DNA of 64,000 bases, from assembly GCA_964549595.1 (NCBI GenBank), contig CAZJWK010000003.1:3242-67241 (forward strand), given 5' to 3'. A program made the position numbers and the translations under genes. A model generated the notes under the pieces. The model was not told the origin of the DNA and did no database searches. It was given only the letters and a program-made list of their open reading frames with translations. Of this stretch, positions 1-10,788 are shown in pieces (within the stretch, counting starts at the first letter, position 1; each line of letters opens with the position of its first letter). This DNA is from an uncultured Sphingobacteriales bacterium. Its GTDB lineage: Bacteria > Bacteroidota > Bacteroidia > CAILMK01 > CAYYUA01.

Positions 1-191
1 GCCTGTAATCTTTTCAAGTTCGGTGAAGGCTCACCCTCTGGAAATATTTTTAATCGTGTTAATCGGTGGGCGATTAGCTGGTATTGCGGGAATGATTGTA
101 GCCATACCCACTTACACTTTTATCCGGATAGTGGCCAAAGAATTTCTCAATCAGTTCAGGGTGGTTAAAAAACTCACCTACCAATTATAAC

Positions 192-1148
192 ATGGAAACC
201 ATCATAGGCCAATCCGTCAAAGAAGCTGCTAAATATCTGAATGCCGGTAAATTGGTAGGGGTCCCTACCGAAACGGTCTACGGACTGGGTGGAAATGGCT
301 TGGATGAGCAAGTGGTAACTCAAATTTTCCGGGTTAAGCAAAGACCCGAGTTCGACCCCCTTATTCTGCATTTGGATTCCCTCGAAAAAGCCTATTCCTT
401 GGTTGATGAAATTCCGGATGTCGTAAAAAAATTGGCTAAAAATTTTAGTCCCGGCCCCATTACCTATATTCTCCCGAAAACCTCCATTGTACCAGATTTG
501 GTTACTTCAGGCCACCCCACAGTAGCCATCCGTATCCCTAACCATCCCAAAATATTGGCCCTTTTATCGGAAATAGATTTCCCGGTAGCCGCACCCAGTG
601 CCAATCCTTTTGGTTACGTTAGTCCTACTACACCCCAACACGTATATGACCAATTAAATGGCGAAATTCCGTATATCCTTGATGGTGGCCCTTGCCAAAT
701 AGGTTTGGAGTCCACTATTGTCAAGCCGGAAGGGAAAGGCATTCGCATATTGCGTTTAGGCGGAACTTCGATGGAAGCTTTGAAAAAAATCGTGAAGACC
801 GTTCAGATCGATAAAAATCCAGCAAGTGCAACGGAAAGCCCTGGCCAACTCAATACTCATTATGCTCCCGGATTGCCATTAAAATTCGGACAACCGGAAA
901 AATGGCTGAAGAAATTCAAACCAAGCCAAATGGGAATTATAAGTTTCTACAATTTTTATCAGGGAATCCCTGAGGATAATCAATACATCCTGTCACCCAA
1001 AAAAGACCTGGAAGAGGCAGCAAGGAATCTTTTCAAGGCTTTAAGAGCCCTTGATAAAACCCACCTAAAGGTTATCATTGCTGAACGCTTTCCTGAACAT
1101 GGGCTGGGTTTAGCGATAAACGACCGCTTGCGCAAAGCAGCAAAGTAA
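192..1148 (+). CDS. tsaC: L-threonylcarbamoyladenylate synthase (Sua5/YrdC/YwlC family, long form with Sua5 C-terminal domain)
   Basis: 318 aa; YrdC-domain motif ...KLVGVPTETVYGLGGN...; length consistent with Sua5-type enzyme. Confidence 0.85.
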   Translation: METIIGQSVKEAAKYLNAGKLVGVPTETVYGLGGNGLDEQVVTQIFRVKQRPEFDPLILHLDSLEKAYSLVDEIPDVVKKLAKNFSPGPITYILPKTSIVPDLVTSGHPTVAIRIPNHPKILALLSEIDFPVAAPSANPFGYVSPTTPQHVYDQLNGEIPYILDGGPCQIGLESTIVKPEGKGIRILRLGGTSMEALKKIVKTVQIDKNPASATESPGQLNTHYAPGLPLKFGQPEKWLKKFKPSQMGIISFYNFYQGIPEDNQYILSPKKDLEEAARNLFKALRALDKTHLKVIIAERFPEHGLGLAINDRLRKAAK

Positions 1149-1168
1149 TCCAAAAACCATCTACAGGA

Positions 1169-2617
1169 TTAATGGATCCAATTGAAAAGTCGGCTCCAGC
1201 GAATTCGATTCCAAATTTTCAAACCCGACCCTCGACTATCCCATGACATCCATAAGAACAAGGCCTTTCCTACTACATGATCTTCCGGTAAGAAGCCCCA
1301 AAACCTTGAATCAAGTGAATTATGCCGATTGTCTCCCATCATGAAGTAATAATCCATTTCAAATACATAATGGTCTGCCTTTTTTCCATCTATAAAAGCT
1401 TGTCCATTTTTCCAGTGGGTTTTATGGTCTTCATATTGATTAATCACTTTTTTGTAAAGCTGGTAATTCACTTTGTTAAGTTTAACCGTATCTCCTTTCG
1501 AAGGGATGTAAACGGGTCCGAAATTATCCCTATTCCAGGGTAATCCACGGTAAGATGGATAAATGTCAGGAAGCCTTTTTCCTTCAGGTTGAATATTTCG
1601 TTTCACTTTGGTCACATAATTCAGGTTCCTTAGTCGTTTGGCAACACCTTTGGTTGTAAACATACGGTAATTTACGGCTTGCCGATCAGTCATTCCCCAT
1701 TCCCTCACTTTTAGCTCATCATTAATGAATTCTGGAGGAATCCTTTCCCCATTGGTTTTAACCCGATAACTAAATTGGTAGGTAGGTTTTTCCGGTATTT
1801 TCTCATCGTTGACATATAAATGGCTTTGTTTAATGGCCAGAGAATCACCAGGTGTACCGACACAGCGCTTGATGTAGTTATCTCTCTTATCCACAGGTCG
1901 GGTTTTGTTCTTTGGAAAATTAAAAACCACGATCTCTCCCTTTTCTATGGTTTCAAATCCCGGAAAACGCATATACGGCAATTGAATCCACTCCAGATAG
2001 GACTTAGTACCTAAAATGGGCATTTTGTTATGGGCAAAGGGAAAAGATAAAGGCGTATTAGGAACACGGGACCCGTAATTAACTTTGCTCACGAAAAGAA
2101 AATCCCCAACCAAAAGCGACCGTTCCATGGAAGGGGTAGGAATGGTATAAGCCTCAATGAAAAACCAGCGAATGATGGTTGCCGCAATGACCGCAAAGGC
2201 GATGGCATCTAACCATTCCCGGCCTGCCGATTTGGGATAATTTTGCTTCACAGCCTCTACCCGATCCGGGCCGATATAAATTTCACTATCAGCAAAACCT
2301 AAGTAAAGGAAATATAGCGGAGAAAACAAAACCGCTAAAACATGGCTACCAAAGGAAAATTTGCCAAATACTTTAGCTATTTCGACCAGTATACCCAGGT
2401 AAACCAAAACATTGATAACCGGGACAAATAGTAGTACAAACCACCACCAGGGTTTTCCGATTATTTTAACCCAAACCCAGTAATTGTAAATGGGAATAAT
2501 GGCTTTCCAACCCGGCTTGCCAGCTTTTTGAAACATCTTGTAAAGCCCGACAATTTGAAGCAAAAAATAGGGCAGGAAATAAAGAAAGAGCACATAGTTA
2601 GAATAGGAATTCTCCAT
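1169..2617 (-). CDS. lepB: Signal peptidase I fused to an N-terminal polytopic DUF5684-like membrane domain
   Basis: 482 aa; C-terminal SPase I boxes (GDNRHNSLDSRFWGF, catalytic Ser/Lys region TPSMERSLLVGDFLFVSK); first ~110 aa are hydrophobic helices typical of the DUF5684-LepB fusion seen in Bacteroidetes. Confidence 0.85.
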   Translation of the reverse strand: MENSYSNYVLFLYFLPYFLLQIVGLYKMFQKAGKPGWKAIIPIYNYWVWVKIIGKPWWWFVLLFVPVINVLVYLGILVEIAKVFGKFSFGSHVLAVLFSPLYFLYLGFADSEIYIGPDRVEAVKQNYPKSAGREWLDAIAFAVIAATIIRWFFIEAYTIPTPSMERSLLVGDFLFVSKVNYGSRVPNTPLSFPFAHNKMPILGTKSYLEWIQLPYMRFPGFETIEKGEIVVFNFPKNKTRPVDKRDNYIKRCVGTPGDSLAIKQSHLYVNDEKIPEKPTYQFSYRVKTNGERIPPEFINDELKVREWGMTDRQAVNYRMFTTKGVAKRLRNLNYVTKVKRNIQPEGKRLPDIYPSYRGLPWNRDNFGPVYIPSKGDTVKLNKVNYQLYKKVINQYEDHKTHWKNGQAFIDGKKADHYVFEMDYYFMMGDNRHNSLDSRFWGFLPEDHVVGKALFLWMSWDSRGSGLKIWNRIRWSRLFNWIH

Positions 2618-2651
2618 GCTATCGAATTTTATAAATAAATACCCCTACAAA

Positions 2652-3383
2652 TCATAAGTTCAGGAAATCTTCCATTGTGAATACACCCTGTTTACCTTTA
2701 ACCCACTCTGCTGCTTTTACAGCTCCTAAAGCAAATCCTCTCCTATTGTAGGCTCGGTGTTTAATTTCAACCTCGTCAATGGAGGAAGCAAAATTAATTC
2801 TGTGCATGCCAATTTCCTCCGGCCTTCTCTGGTAATAAACAGGGAATTGATTATGAGCAAGGGCTCTGGATTCACCTTTTTCTAAAAGTTCCCATTTCGT
2901 TTTCCGGTTTATGCTGTTAGTCAATGCTTCTGCCAACTTTGCGGCCGTTCCACTGGGTGCATCCTTTTTACCGGGATGGTGAATCTCTTCAATAAATGGC
3001 TCATATTCATCCTGATCATCCATGAGACGGGCAATCTGCCGGTTAACCTGAAAAAGGATGTTCACTCCAATGCTGAAATTCGGGGCGTAAAACAAAGTCC
3101 CTTTTTTTTCCTCAGCAACCCTTTCCAATTCTTCCAGGTGTTCGTACCAACCTGTAGTACCGACCACAATGGGGACATTGTTATCAAAAGCTTTTAGAAT
3201 GTTTTCCCTGGCTACCTCCGGAAGAGTAAAATCAATAGCCACATCGGTATTTTTAAATTCTTGCGAATCAATGCTTTCAGTACTTTCGGAGCGAACTATT
3301 AAATGCACATCATGATTCCTTTCCAGTGCGACCTTTTCCACTTCTATACCCATCCTGCCATAACCAAGCAAAGCAATTTTCAT
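2652..3383 (-). CDS. dapB: 4-hydroxy-tetrahydrodipicolinate reductase
   Basis: 243 aa; N-terminal Rossmann MKIALLGYGRMG; DapB-like length and C-terminal domain; conserved position next to lepB in Bacteroidetes. Confidence 0.85.
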   Translation of the reverse strand: MKIALLGYGRMGIEVEKVALERNHDVHLIVRSESTESIDSQEFKNTDVAIDFTLPEVARENILKAFDNNVPIVVGTTGWYEHLEELERVAEEKKGTLFYAPNFSIGVNILFQVNRQIARLMDDQDEYEPFIEEIHHPGKKDAPSGTAAKLAEALTNSINRKTKWELLEKGESRALAHNQFPVYYQRRPEEIGMHRINFASSIDEVEIKHRAYNRRGFALGAVKAAEWVKGKQGVFTMEDFLNL

Positions 3384-4012
3384 GGCTTAATTTTTACGGT
3401 GATTCCAGTCATTACCGATTTTGGCCTTGCAATATTACCAAATTTTGGCGGATTCACAGACAGGGAAAGGTCATCCGAAATATCAAAGTCTTTCAGATGG
3501 GCAAATACATAAGCATCCAAAATATTTAGCCCGTAAACACCCACAATAGAAAATAAGGAAATAGTCCTGTACCTTCGAAAAGTTTCACGGGCATCCTTTA
3601 ATCCTTGCTGGGAAAACACCGGGGAGTTATCTGATTGAGGATCAAATTGGTCAACGGTATTGGGGTCTCCATCCGTTCTTAAGCGAAAAGCTTTCGCATA
3701 TTTTTGGTATTTCTGTTGGTTATCAAAGTAAAAATAAGTAGTCAGGCCTAATCCAGCCCAAACAACCGGCACTTTCCAAATCTGATTGTTTTGCACTTGC
3801 CCTAAACCAGGCACAATAGCGGATTTAATAGCAGTATTCCTGGCTTTCCTGTTGATTTTTGCTTTTCCTGTATCGTCACTATATGAACCCGGATAAGCAC
3901 TTTGGCCAGAAAATCCTTTGCCATTAAAATCTGATAAAAATTGCCCTTTTGAAGAAAAAGTGAAAAAAAGCAAAATGCTCAAACAAAAAAAGAAGTAAGC
4001 CTTAGTTCTCAT
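3380..4012 (-). CDS. DUF5683-like secreted/membrane protein of unknown function (conserved between parB and dapB in Bacteroidetes)
   Basis: 210 aa, N-terminal signal peptide, Pro/Gly-rich C-terminal half; ATGA-type overlap with dapB; synteny parA-parB-X-dapB-lepB. Confidence 0.6.
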   Translation of the reverse strand: MRTKAYFFFCLSILLFFTFSSKGQFLSDFNGKGFSGQSAYPGSYSDDTGKAKINRKARNTAIKSAIVPGLGQVQNNQIWKVPVVWAGLGLTTYFYFDNQQKYQKYAKAFRLRTDGDPNTVDQFDPQSDNSPVFSQQGLKDARETFRRYRTISLFSIVGVYGLNILDAYVFAHLKDFDISDDLSLSVNPPKFGNIARPKSVMTGITVKIKP

Positions 4013-4059
4013 ACCCGGAAAAGCATCTTACCCAAACATAACAACTTTCCTGCCAACCC

Positions 4060-4953
4060 TTACTCATCCTTACCAGAGGATTCCTTTATTAATTCGGAAA
4101 GTCGTTCCAGTTCGGCTTCCGAATGAAAAGGGATGACCAACTCCCCTTTTCCATTACGTTTGGATTTAATCTTTACCTGGGTATTGTAAAGGTTAGAAAA
4201 AGTTTGCTCCCATTGCTGATAAGGATTGGGTTTCGCCTTTTTGATTGAGCTTTTAGATGGGTTAGCTTCCTTCTGTGCTTTAACCAATGATTCAACTTGT
4301 CTAACAGACAAGGCTTTTTCTTGAATTTGCCTGTAAACGTAAAGCTGAAAATCCGGATCTTCTATATTAATGATGGCCCTTGCATGCCCCATTGAAATGC
4401 GGTCTTCGGCAATCGCTATTTGTATTTCTTCAGGGAGTTTGAGTAAACGTAAGTAGTTTGTTATAGTGCTACGATTCTTTCCTACCCGTTCAGCAAGGTT
4501 ATCCTGCGTCAGACCACATTCATCGATCAAACGTTGAAAGCTCATGGCAATCTCAATCGAATTGAGGTTTTCACGATGAGTATTTTCGATGAGGGCCATT
4601 TCCAACATGTTCTGATCATTCGCTACCCTGACGAAAGCAGGCACATTTTGTAACTCCGCCTGGATTGCAGCCCTGGCACGCCTTTCACCGGAGATAATTT
4701 GGTACTTGTCGTACCCGATCTTCCTTACGGTTAAAGGCTGAATGATACCATGAATCTTGATAGACTCGACCAGCTCCTCCAAACCCTCATCATTCATATT
4801 TTCACGAGGCTGAAACGGGTTAGCCTCAATTTGATTAAGGGGTATTTCCGATATCGTTTTGACAGGCGCTGCCTCTTCACCGGTCACATCAGTTTGTGAA
4901 TCAGATAAAAGAGCAGTTAGCCCTTTGCCTAATGCATTTCTTTTCGCACACAT
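4060..4953 (-). CDS. parB: Chromosome partitioning protein ParB/Spo0J
   Basis: 297 aa; ParB box (GIIQPLTVRK..YQIISGERRARAA), HTH region, downstream of parA. Confidence 0.9.
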   Translation of the reverse strand: MCAKRNALGKGLTALLSDSQTDVTGEEAAPVKTISEIPLNQIEANPFQPRENMNDEGLEELVESIKIHGIIQPLTVRKIGYDKYQIISGERRARAAIQAELQNVPAFVRVANDQNMLEMALIENTHRENLNSIEIAMSFQRLIDECGLTQDNLAERVGKNRSTITNYLRLLKLPEEIQIAIAEDRISMGHARAIINIEDPDFQLYVYRQIQEKALSVRQVESLVKAQKEANPSKSSIKKAKPNPYQQWEQTFSNLYNTQVKIKSKRNGKGELVIPFHSEAELERLSELIKESSGKDE

Positions 4954-4989
4954 AATTTTAATAAAAATTTAGCTTTCTTAATGCAACCC

Positions 4990-5799
4990 TTAGTTCAGCA
5001 TTTCTTTTTCTTCACTAACCTGGGTATACCCATTGTTTTGGAGAATTTCCCGGGCCAGATTAAGGTAATTGATGGCACCCCTGCTCCGGGCATCATGGTG
5101 TAGCGCAGGTTTACCAAAGCTGGGTGCTTCGCTCAAACGGATATTCCTTTGCACGATAGTCTCAAAAACCAACTGCTGAAAATGGGTCCTGACTTCTTCG
5201 ACCACCTGGCTGGAAAGGTTTAAGCGCGCATCATACATGGTCAGCAGAATTCCTTCGATCTCCAATGAGGTGTTCAGGTTATTCTGCACTATTTTGATGG
5301 TATTTAAAAGCTTTCCCAAACCCTCTAATGCAAAATATTCACATTGAACAGGTACTATCACGGAATCAGAAGCGGTCAAAGCATTAACCGTTATAATGCC
5401 CAATGATGGCGAACAGTCGATAATGATCATGTCGTATTGATCCCTAATCTTATCCACCGCTTTGCTCATCATTTTTTCCCGGTTGGGCATATTGATAAGC
5501 TCTATTTCTGCTCCTACCAAATCAATGTGAGAAGGCAAAAGGTGAAGGTTTTGGATATCTGTTTCCAAGGTGATATCAGAAGGGTTTATGTCATCAATGA
5601 TGCATTCATAAATGCTGGTGCTAATATTCCTGGGGTCAAAATTCAAACCGGAAGTGGCATTGGCCTGTGGATCGGCATCAATCACGAGGGTTTTGTATTC
5701 GAGTGCTGCAAAACTTGCCGCCAGATTAATCGCAGTGGTAGTTTTGCCTACGCCGCCTTTCTGATTCGCCAGTGAAATCGTTTTTCCCATCAAATACAA
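4990..5799 (-). CDS. parA: Chromosome partitioning ATPase ParA/Soj
   Basis: 269 aa; deviant Walker A KGGVGKTTTAINLAASFA; ParA family. Confidence 0.9.
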   Translation of the reverse strand: MYLMGKTISLANQKGGVGKTTTAINLAASFAALEYKTLVIDADPQANATSGLNFDPRNISTSIYECIIDDINPSDITLETDIQNLHLLPSHIDLVGAEIELINMPNREKMMSKAVDKIRDQYDMIIIDCSPSLGIITVNALTASDSVIVPVQCEYFALEGLGKLLNTIKIVQNNLNTSLEIEGILLTMYDARLNLSSQVVEEVRTHFQQLVFETIVQRNIRLSEAPSFGKPALHHDARSRGAINYLNLAREILQNNGYTQVSEEKEMLN

Positions 5800-5862
5800 C
5801 TTTTAATGAATCAAATGTTAAGGGTCAACAACAAGGAGATTTAAAAAATCCCCTTTATAATA

Positions 5863-6543
5863 CTAAATGTCTCTTTCCTCACCAATAGGGATGAGAATCA
5901 ATTCTTTACCTTTACTTTGAAAATATTGCTTGGCTTTTTCTTTATCAATTTCAATGTAAGGGAAAGTATCATAGTGAACACCGATCACCCGGTTACAATT
6001 AATAAAATCACAGGCTTTAGCGGCATCCTCAATGCCCATGGTGAAATTATCCCCAATCGGTAAAAAAGCAAAGTCCAGGTTAAATTCTTCGGCAATTAGC
6101 TTCATGTCATAGGTTAAAGCGGTATCACCTGCATGATAGAAAGTACCCTCATCAGACTCTATTACAAAACCTCCGGGATTCCCACCGTTAGTGCCATCCG
6201 GTAGCATGCTCGAGTGAATGGCTTTCACATATTTGGCACGACCGAATTCAAATTGAACGGAACCTCCATGATTAACCGGATGGGAATTTTTGATACCTTG
6301 TGTGGTAAGCCAATTGACAATTTCAAAATTGGTAACGACCTGTGCATCCGATTGCTTTGCCACTTCCACTAAATCAGCTACATGGTCTTCATGACCGTGG
6401 GTAACAAAAATGTAATCGGGATTGAGAGCGTTCACATCCACGTGGGAAGCCAGGTTATTCGGGCTGATAAAAGGGTCAAAAAGAATTTTTTTACCTTTGA
6501 CCTCCACTTCAACGGCTGATTGACCATAGTACCTTACTTTCAT
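5863..6543 (-). CDS. Metal-dependent hydrolase, metallo-beta-lactamase fold (UPF0173 family)
   Basis: 226 aa; HxHxDH motif (VTHGHEDHV); UPF0173-like N-terminus MKVRYYGQSAVEV. Confidence 0.75.
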   Translation of the reverse strand: MKVRYYGQSAVEVEVKGKKILFDPFISPNNLASHVDVNALNPDYIFVTHGHEDHVADLVEVAKQSDAQVVTNFEIVNWLTTQGIKNSHPVNHGGSVQFEFGRAKYVKAIHSSMLPDGTNGGNPGGFVIESDEGTFYHAGDTALTYDMKLIAEEFNLDFAFLPIGDNFTMGIEDAAKACDFINCNRVIGVHYDTFPYIEIDKEKAKQYFQSKGKELILIPIGEERDI

Positions 6544-6619
6544 AATAAATGATTTTTATTTTTGAGGGTTTGTTTTAAATGGCTGAAATCAAACGCTAAG
6601 GTATTTAATATTTCTGCTA

Positions 6620-8284
6620 ATGTCAAAATTTAAATGGCTTCTTTCATTAGCCCTTGTCGTTCAATTTGGTTGCAGTGAGAAAATTGGTCAGTCCGATAAA
6701 GATGTCTTTCGATTCAATATTCATGCAGGTTTCACCTCAATGGATCCGGCTTTTGCCCGTAACCAGGCTAACATTTGGGTTAGCAACCAAATCTTTGATG
6801 GCTTGCTACAGCTCAATGATAACCTGGAACCCGTTCCTTGCATAGCCAAATCCTGGGAAGTGGATAGCAGCAAAACCACCTATACTTTTCACCTGCGTCA
6901 GGATGTCTATTTTCAGAAAGATTCTTTATTTCCCAATAAAAAATCCCGAAAAGTAACAGCCCGGGATTTTGTTTACAGTTTTAACCGAATCCTGAAAAAA
7001 GAAACCGCTTCACCGGGTGCCTGGATATTTAACGACAAAGTTTATATACGTGAAGTAAACGGGGTTAGAAAAGGCAGTTTCAAAGCCTTGAATGACTCAA
7101 CCTTGCAAATCCGTTTGAAGGAACCATTTCCTCCATTTTTGGGGCTTTTGACAATGCAATACTGTTCGGTAGTGCCCAAAAAATTGGTAAAGCATTACGG
7201 TAAGGATTTTCGAAGGAATCCTGTGGGAACAGGCCCGTTTAAATTGTATAAATTCATAGAAGGAGAACGGATTATTCTCCATAAGTATGAGGAGTATTTC
7301 GGAAAATCCGATAAAGGGGAAGACCTGCCTTTCCTCGATGCCGTTGCCATCAAATTTATTCCGAATAAGCAAAATGAATTTTTGGCCTTTTTAAGGGGTG
7401 ATTTGGACTTTTTATCAGGGATAGATGGAAGTTTCAAGGATAATTTGCTTACTCCGGACGGCCGGTTGGATCCCAAATTCGAAGGACAATTCCGTATGCA
7501 AAAAATCCCTTACCTCAATTCTGAGTACCTGGGGATACAAATGGATTCTTCAGAAATCGACCTGAGCGATAACCCGCTTAGGAAAAAGAAAATCCGCCAA
7601 GCCATCAATTATGGCTTTGATCGCCACAAAATGCTGCATTACCTGAGAAACAATATCGGTCGCCCTGCGAACAACGGATTGGTACCGGCCGGCTTACCGG
7701 CTTTTGACACCCAGGCAGTGGATGGTTACCGCTACAATCCGGAAAAAGCGGGTCAATTGCTAAGAGAAGCGGGTTTTCCTCAAGGTAAGGGCATGCCGAC
7801 TATTAAATTACAAACCACCCAATCTTACCTTGACTTATGCATTTTTATTGAAAAACAATTGGCAAACCTCGGAATCCCTTTAAAGGTGGAAGTAGTAAGT
7901 CCTTCGATGCTTAGGGAATGGATGGCCCAATCAAAAACTCCGTTCTTTAGAGGTTCTTGGATAGCTGATTATCCGGACGCTGAAAATTACCTGGCCTTAT
8001 TTTACAGCAAAAATTTCGCACCCGATGGGCCTAATTACACCCATTTCTCCAACGCCCGGTTCGATAGCCTTTATAAAGCTTCCTTACGAGCTGAAACCAC
8101 AGCAAAACGCCATGCCCTGTACCACAAAATGGAAAATCTGGTAATGGGGTATTCACCGGTCATTCCACTCTATTACGATGAAGTTGTCCGCCTTATTCAA
8201 AACGATGTGAAAGGGCTCGGAAGAAATGCTAAAAACCTCATAGACCTGAAAAACGTCAAAAAAGTCAAGGAATCCAAAAATTAA
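6620..8284 (+). CDS. ABC transporter substrate-binding lipoprotein, solute-binding family 5 (peptide/nickel type)
   Basis: 554 aa; lipoprotein-type signal (LVVQFGCS); size and motifs of family-5 SBP. Confidence 0.7.
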   Translation: MSKFKWLLSLALVVQFGCSEKIGQSDKDVFRFNIHAGFTSMDPAFARNQANIWVSNQIFDGLLQLNDNLEPVPCIAKSWEVDSSKTTYTFHLRQDVYFQKDSLFPNKKSRKVTARDFVYSFNRILKKETASPGAWIFNDKVYIREVNGVRKGSFKALNDSTLQIRLKEPFPPFLGLLTMQYCSVVPKKLVKHYGKDFRRNPVGTGPFKLYKFIEGERIILHKYEEYFGKSDKGEDLPFLDAVAIKFIPNKQNEFLAFLRGDLDFLSGIDGSFKDNLLTPDGRLDPKFEGQFRMQKIPYLNSEYLGIQMDSSEIDLSDNPLRKKKIRQAINYGFDRHKMLHYLRNNIGRPANNGLVPAGLPAFDTQAVDGYRYNPEKAGQLLREAGFPQGKGMPTIKLQTTQSYLDLCIFIEKQLANLGIPLKVEVVSPSMLREWMAQSKTPFFRGSWIADYPDAENYLALFYSKNFAPDGPNYTHFSNARFDSLYKASLRAETTAKRHALYHKMENLVMGYSPVIPLYYDEVVRLIQNDVKGLGRNAKNLIDLKNVKKVKESKN

Positions 8285-8338
8285 ATAAGTGCCGGCTTTT
8301 TAGTATCAACAGTTTAAGGAAAGGTTACCACTTCAGGC

Positions 8339-9652
8339 ATGACGAAATCTGACAAAAAAATAAAACTTAACGACCCAAAAATCACTAACGCGTGGGCTTT
8401 TTATGATTGGGCCAATTCTGTCTACCCGCTGGTCATCACATCAACCATATTCCCGGAATATTACAACCGGGTAACCTCCACACCTGAAACCGACCTTGTC
8501 AATTTCCTGGGCTTTGAGGTGATTAATACGGCCCTTTACTCTTACGCCCTTTCTTTTTCCTTTCTATTCATCTCATTGCTTTCCCCGTTTTTAGCCGGCA
8601 TTGCAGATTATACAGGAAAGAAAAAGGGCTTCATGAAGTTCTTTGCCTGGACAGGTGCTTTTGCTTGCGCAATGCTTTTTGGTTTTACGGGTCCCAACCT
8701 GATTTATGGCATAGGCTTTTTTGTATTGGCCAGTATTGGTTTCTCGGGTAGCCTGGTATTTTACAATGCCTACCTGCCAGAAATTGCCACTCCTGACAGG
8801 CAAGACCGGCTCAGCGCGAAAGGATTTTCCCTGGGGTACATTGGAAGCATTATTTTATTAGGCTTTAACCTTTGGATGATCTTAACCCCCCAGTTTTTTG
8901 GCCTTTCAGAAGATGGGTCCTTACCGGCCCGTATTGCTTTCCTTACCGTAGGCATCTGGTGGTTTGGGTTTTCCTTGGTGACCTTTTACTTCCTGCCTTC
9001 CAATATTTACCGGAAACAAGAAGATAGCAATCCTTATACAAAGGGTTTTCGGGAATTAAAGGGGGTTTGGAATTCGCTTAAATTTAATCCCTTACTTAAG
9101 CGTTTTTTGCCAGGTTTTTTCTTTTACAGTGTTGGCCTCCAAACAATCATGTTAATGGCCCCGACATTCGGAGCCAAAGAAATCGGTATGTCTGCCAACA
9201 AGCTTATTATCAGCATCATGGTGATCCAGATTGTTGCCGTAATCGGGGCCAGTATTTTTGCGAGGGTTTCGGGTAAAATAGGCAATACCCTAACCCTAAT
9301 AACCATGGTTATTATCTGGATGGGTGTTTGTATGGGCGCTTATTTTGTTTATGATGCCCAGGGATTTTACCTGCTCGCTTTCATGGTAGGCCTGGTAATG
9401 GGCGGGGTTCAGAGCCTTTCCCGATCAACCTATTCCAAACTTTTACCCGCTACTAAGGACCATGCATCCTTTTTCAGTTTTTACGATATCACCGAAAAAG
9501 TAGCGATCGTTATCGGGACATTGGGTTACGGCTTGGTTGAAGATTTAACCGGAACCATGCGAAATTCCGTTCTATTCCTGATCTTATTTTTTCTAACCGG
9601 ACTGCTGTTCCTTTTTAGTTTAAATAAGAAGGAGAAAGCATTAAGGGATTAG
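8339..9652 (+). CDS. MFS transporter (UMF1/Atg22-like subfamily)
   Basis: 437 aa, ~12 predicted TM helices, MFS-like loop motifs. Confidence 0.7.
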   Translation: MTKSDKKIKLNDPKITNAWAFYDWANSVYPLVITSTIFPEYYNRVTSTPETDLVNFLGFEVINTALYSYALSFSFLFISLLSPFLAGIADYTGKKKGFMKFFAWTGAFACAMLFGFTGPNLIYGIGFFVLASIGFSGSLVFYNAYLPEIATPDRQDRLSAKGFSLGYIGSIILLGFNLWMILTPQFFGLSEDGSLPARIAFLTVGIWWFGFSLVTFYFLPSNIYRKQEDSNPYTKGFRELKGVWNSLKFNPLLKRFLPGFFFYSVGLQTIMLMAPTFGAKEIGMSANKLIISIMVIQIVAVIGASIFARVSGKIGNTLTLITMVIIWMGVCMGAYFVYDAQGFYLLAFMVGLVMGGVQSLSRSTYSKLLPATKDHASFFSFYDITEKVAIVIGTLGYGLVEDLTGTMRNSVLFLILFFLTGLLFLFSLNKKEKALRD

Positions 9653-9841
9653 ATCATTAAAATGGATTCCCAGACAAGAATTTTTACCTGTTGAATCTTA
9701 AGAGTGCCTTTCCCCTAAAACGGATTTTTGAAAAACGAACAGAAAAACGGCCTTTGAATAAAATTGAGATGGATTTAAAATTTAAATCAAAATTTTACCG
9801 GATACTACTGATTTAGAAACCATGATTGGGAAAAGGCTTCC

Positions 9842-10783
9842 TCAATCAGGCTTTTCAACCTGAAATTTTTCCCCTTGAACGGCCAGATAAGTTTCCGGGA
9901 AAACCTCCCTTGCTTCCTTGAGTAAGTCATCCAGGTCTTTATAGCGGGCGGAAAAGTGCCCAATTAAAAGTTTTTTGGCTTTTATTTTTAATGCTATTGT
10001 CGCTGCTTCTTTGGCAGTTGAATGGTATGTTTTGTGGGCCTTTTCCTGAAAATGTTCTCCGAAGGTGGCCTCATGGTACAAAGTACTCACACTGTGTAAT
10101 AAAGGAACAAGCGTTTCCTTATAGCGTGTATCCGTTATATAGGCATAACTTTTTGCGGGTCGGTTAGCTATGGTATAAAACTCTCCTTGGTACCGATTGC
10201 CCTCCTTATCCCGATAATCCAATCCTTTTTCAAGGTAACCAAAAGCCTCCACGGGAGGGGGATATTGCTTTACAGCCTCCTTTTTTATTTTTCGCTTTTC
10301 AGATTTTTGTTGGAAAACAAATCCAAAACAAGGTATTCGGTGGGTCAAATGAACAACCCTGCCTTTTAATTGATGATCCTCAAAAAATTGACTACCTTCT
10401 TCGAGGTGATCAAGGGCGTGAAAATTTAAATCAAAGTGTAAATAGGCATCAGAATGATAAAGCTGAGTTTCAATGATTTTTTGTAATCCACTGGGACCGT
10501 AAATATCCAATGGTTGGCTACGGTGTCTTAAATTCTGAGTGGTGATAAACCCAATCAAACCAGTGAAGTGATCGGGATGAAGGTGGCTTATAAAAACCTT
10601 CCGAATTTTGTTTTGATTGATTTTCAATCGTAACATCTGGGCCTGAGCGCCTTCTCCACAATCCAGTAAATAATTAATCCCGGATAAATTTAAAACCTGG
10701 GCCGACTGGTTACGCGAAACGGTAGGTGTGGCGGAGCTATTGCCCAGGATAATAATCTGCATAAAAAGCCCTTTCTCCGCCAA
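9842..10783 (-). CDS. rnz: Ribonuclease Z (tRNA 3' processing, MBL fold)
   Basis: 313 aa; ILGNSSATPT...SHLHPDHFTGL motifs of RNase Z/ElaC; true start may be the internal MQIIILG. Confidence 0.85.
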   Translation of the reverse strand: MAEKGLFMQIIILGNSSATPTVSRNQSAQVLNLSGINYLLDCGEGAQAQMLRLKINQNKIRKVFISHLHPDHFTGLIGFITTQNLRHRSQPLDIYGPSGLQKIIETQLYHSDAYLHFDLNFHALDHLEEGSQFFEDHQLKGRVVHLTHRIPCFGFVFQQKSEKRKIKKEAVKQYPPPVEAFGYLEKGLDYRDKEGNRYQGEFYTIANRPAKSYAYITDTRYKETLVPLLHSVSTLYHEATFGEHFQEKAHKTYHSTAKEAATIALKIKAKKLLIGHFSARYKDLDDLLKEAREVFPETYLAVQGEKFQVEKPD

Positions 10784-10788
10784 AAATG

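Noticed and set aside
5437-5775. 112-aa plus-strand ORF
   Set aside because: Lies entirely antisense within the well-supported parA gene; typical shadow ORF.
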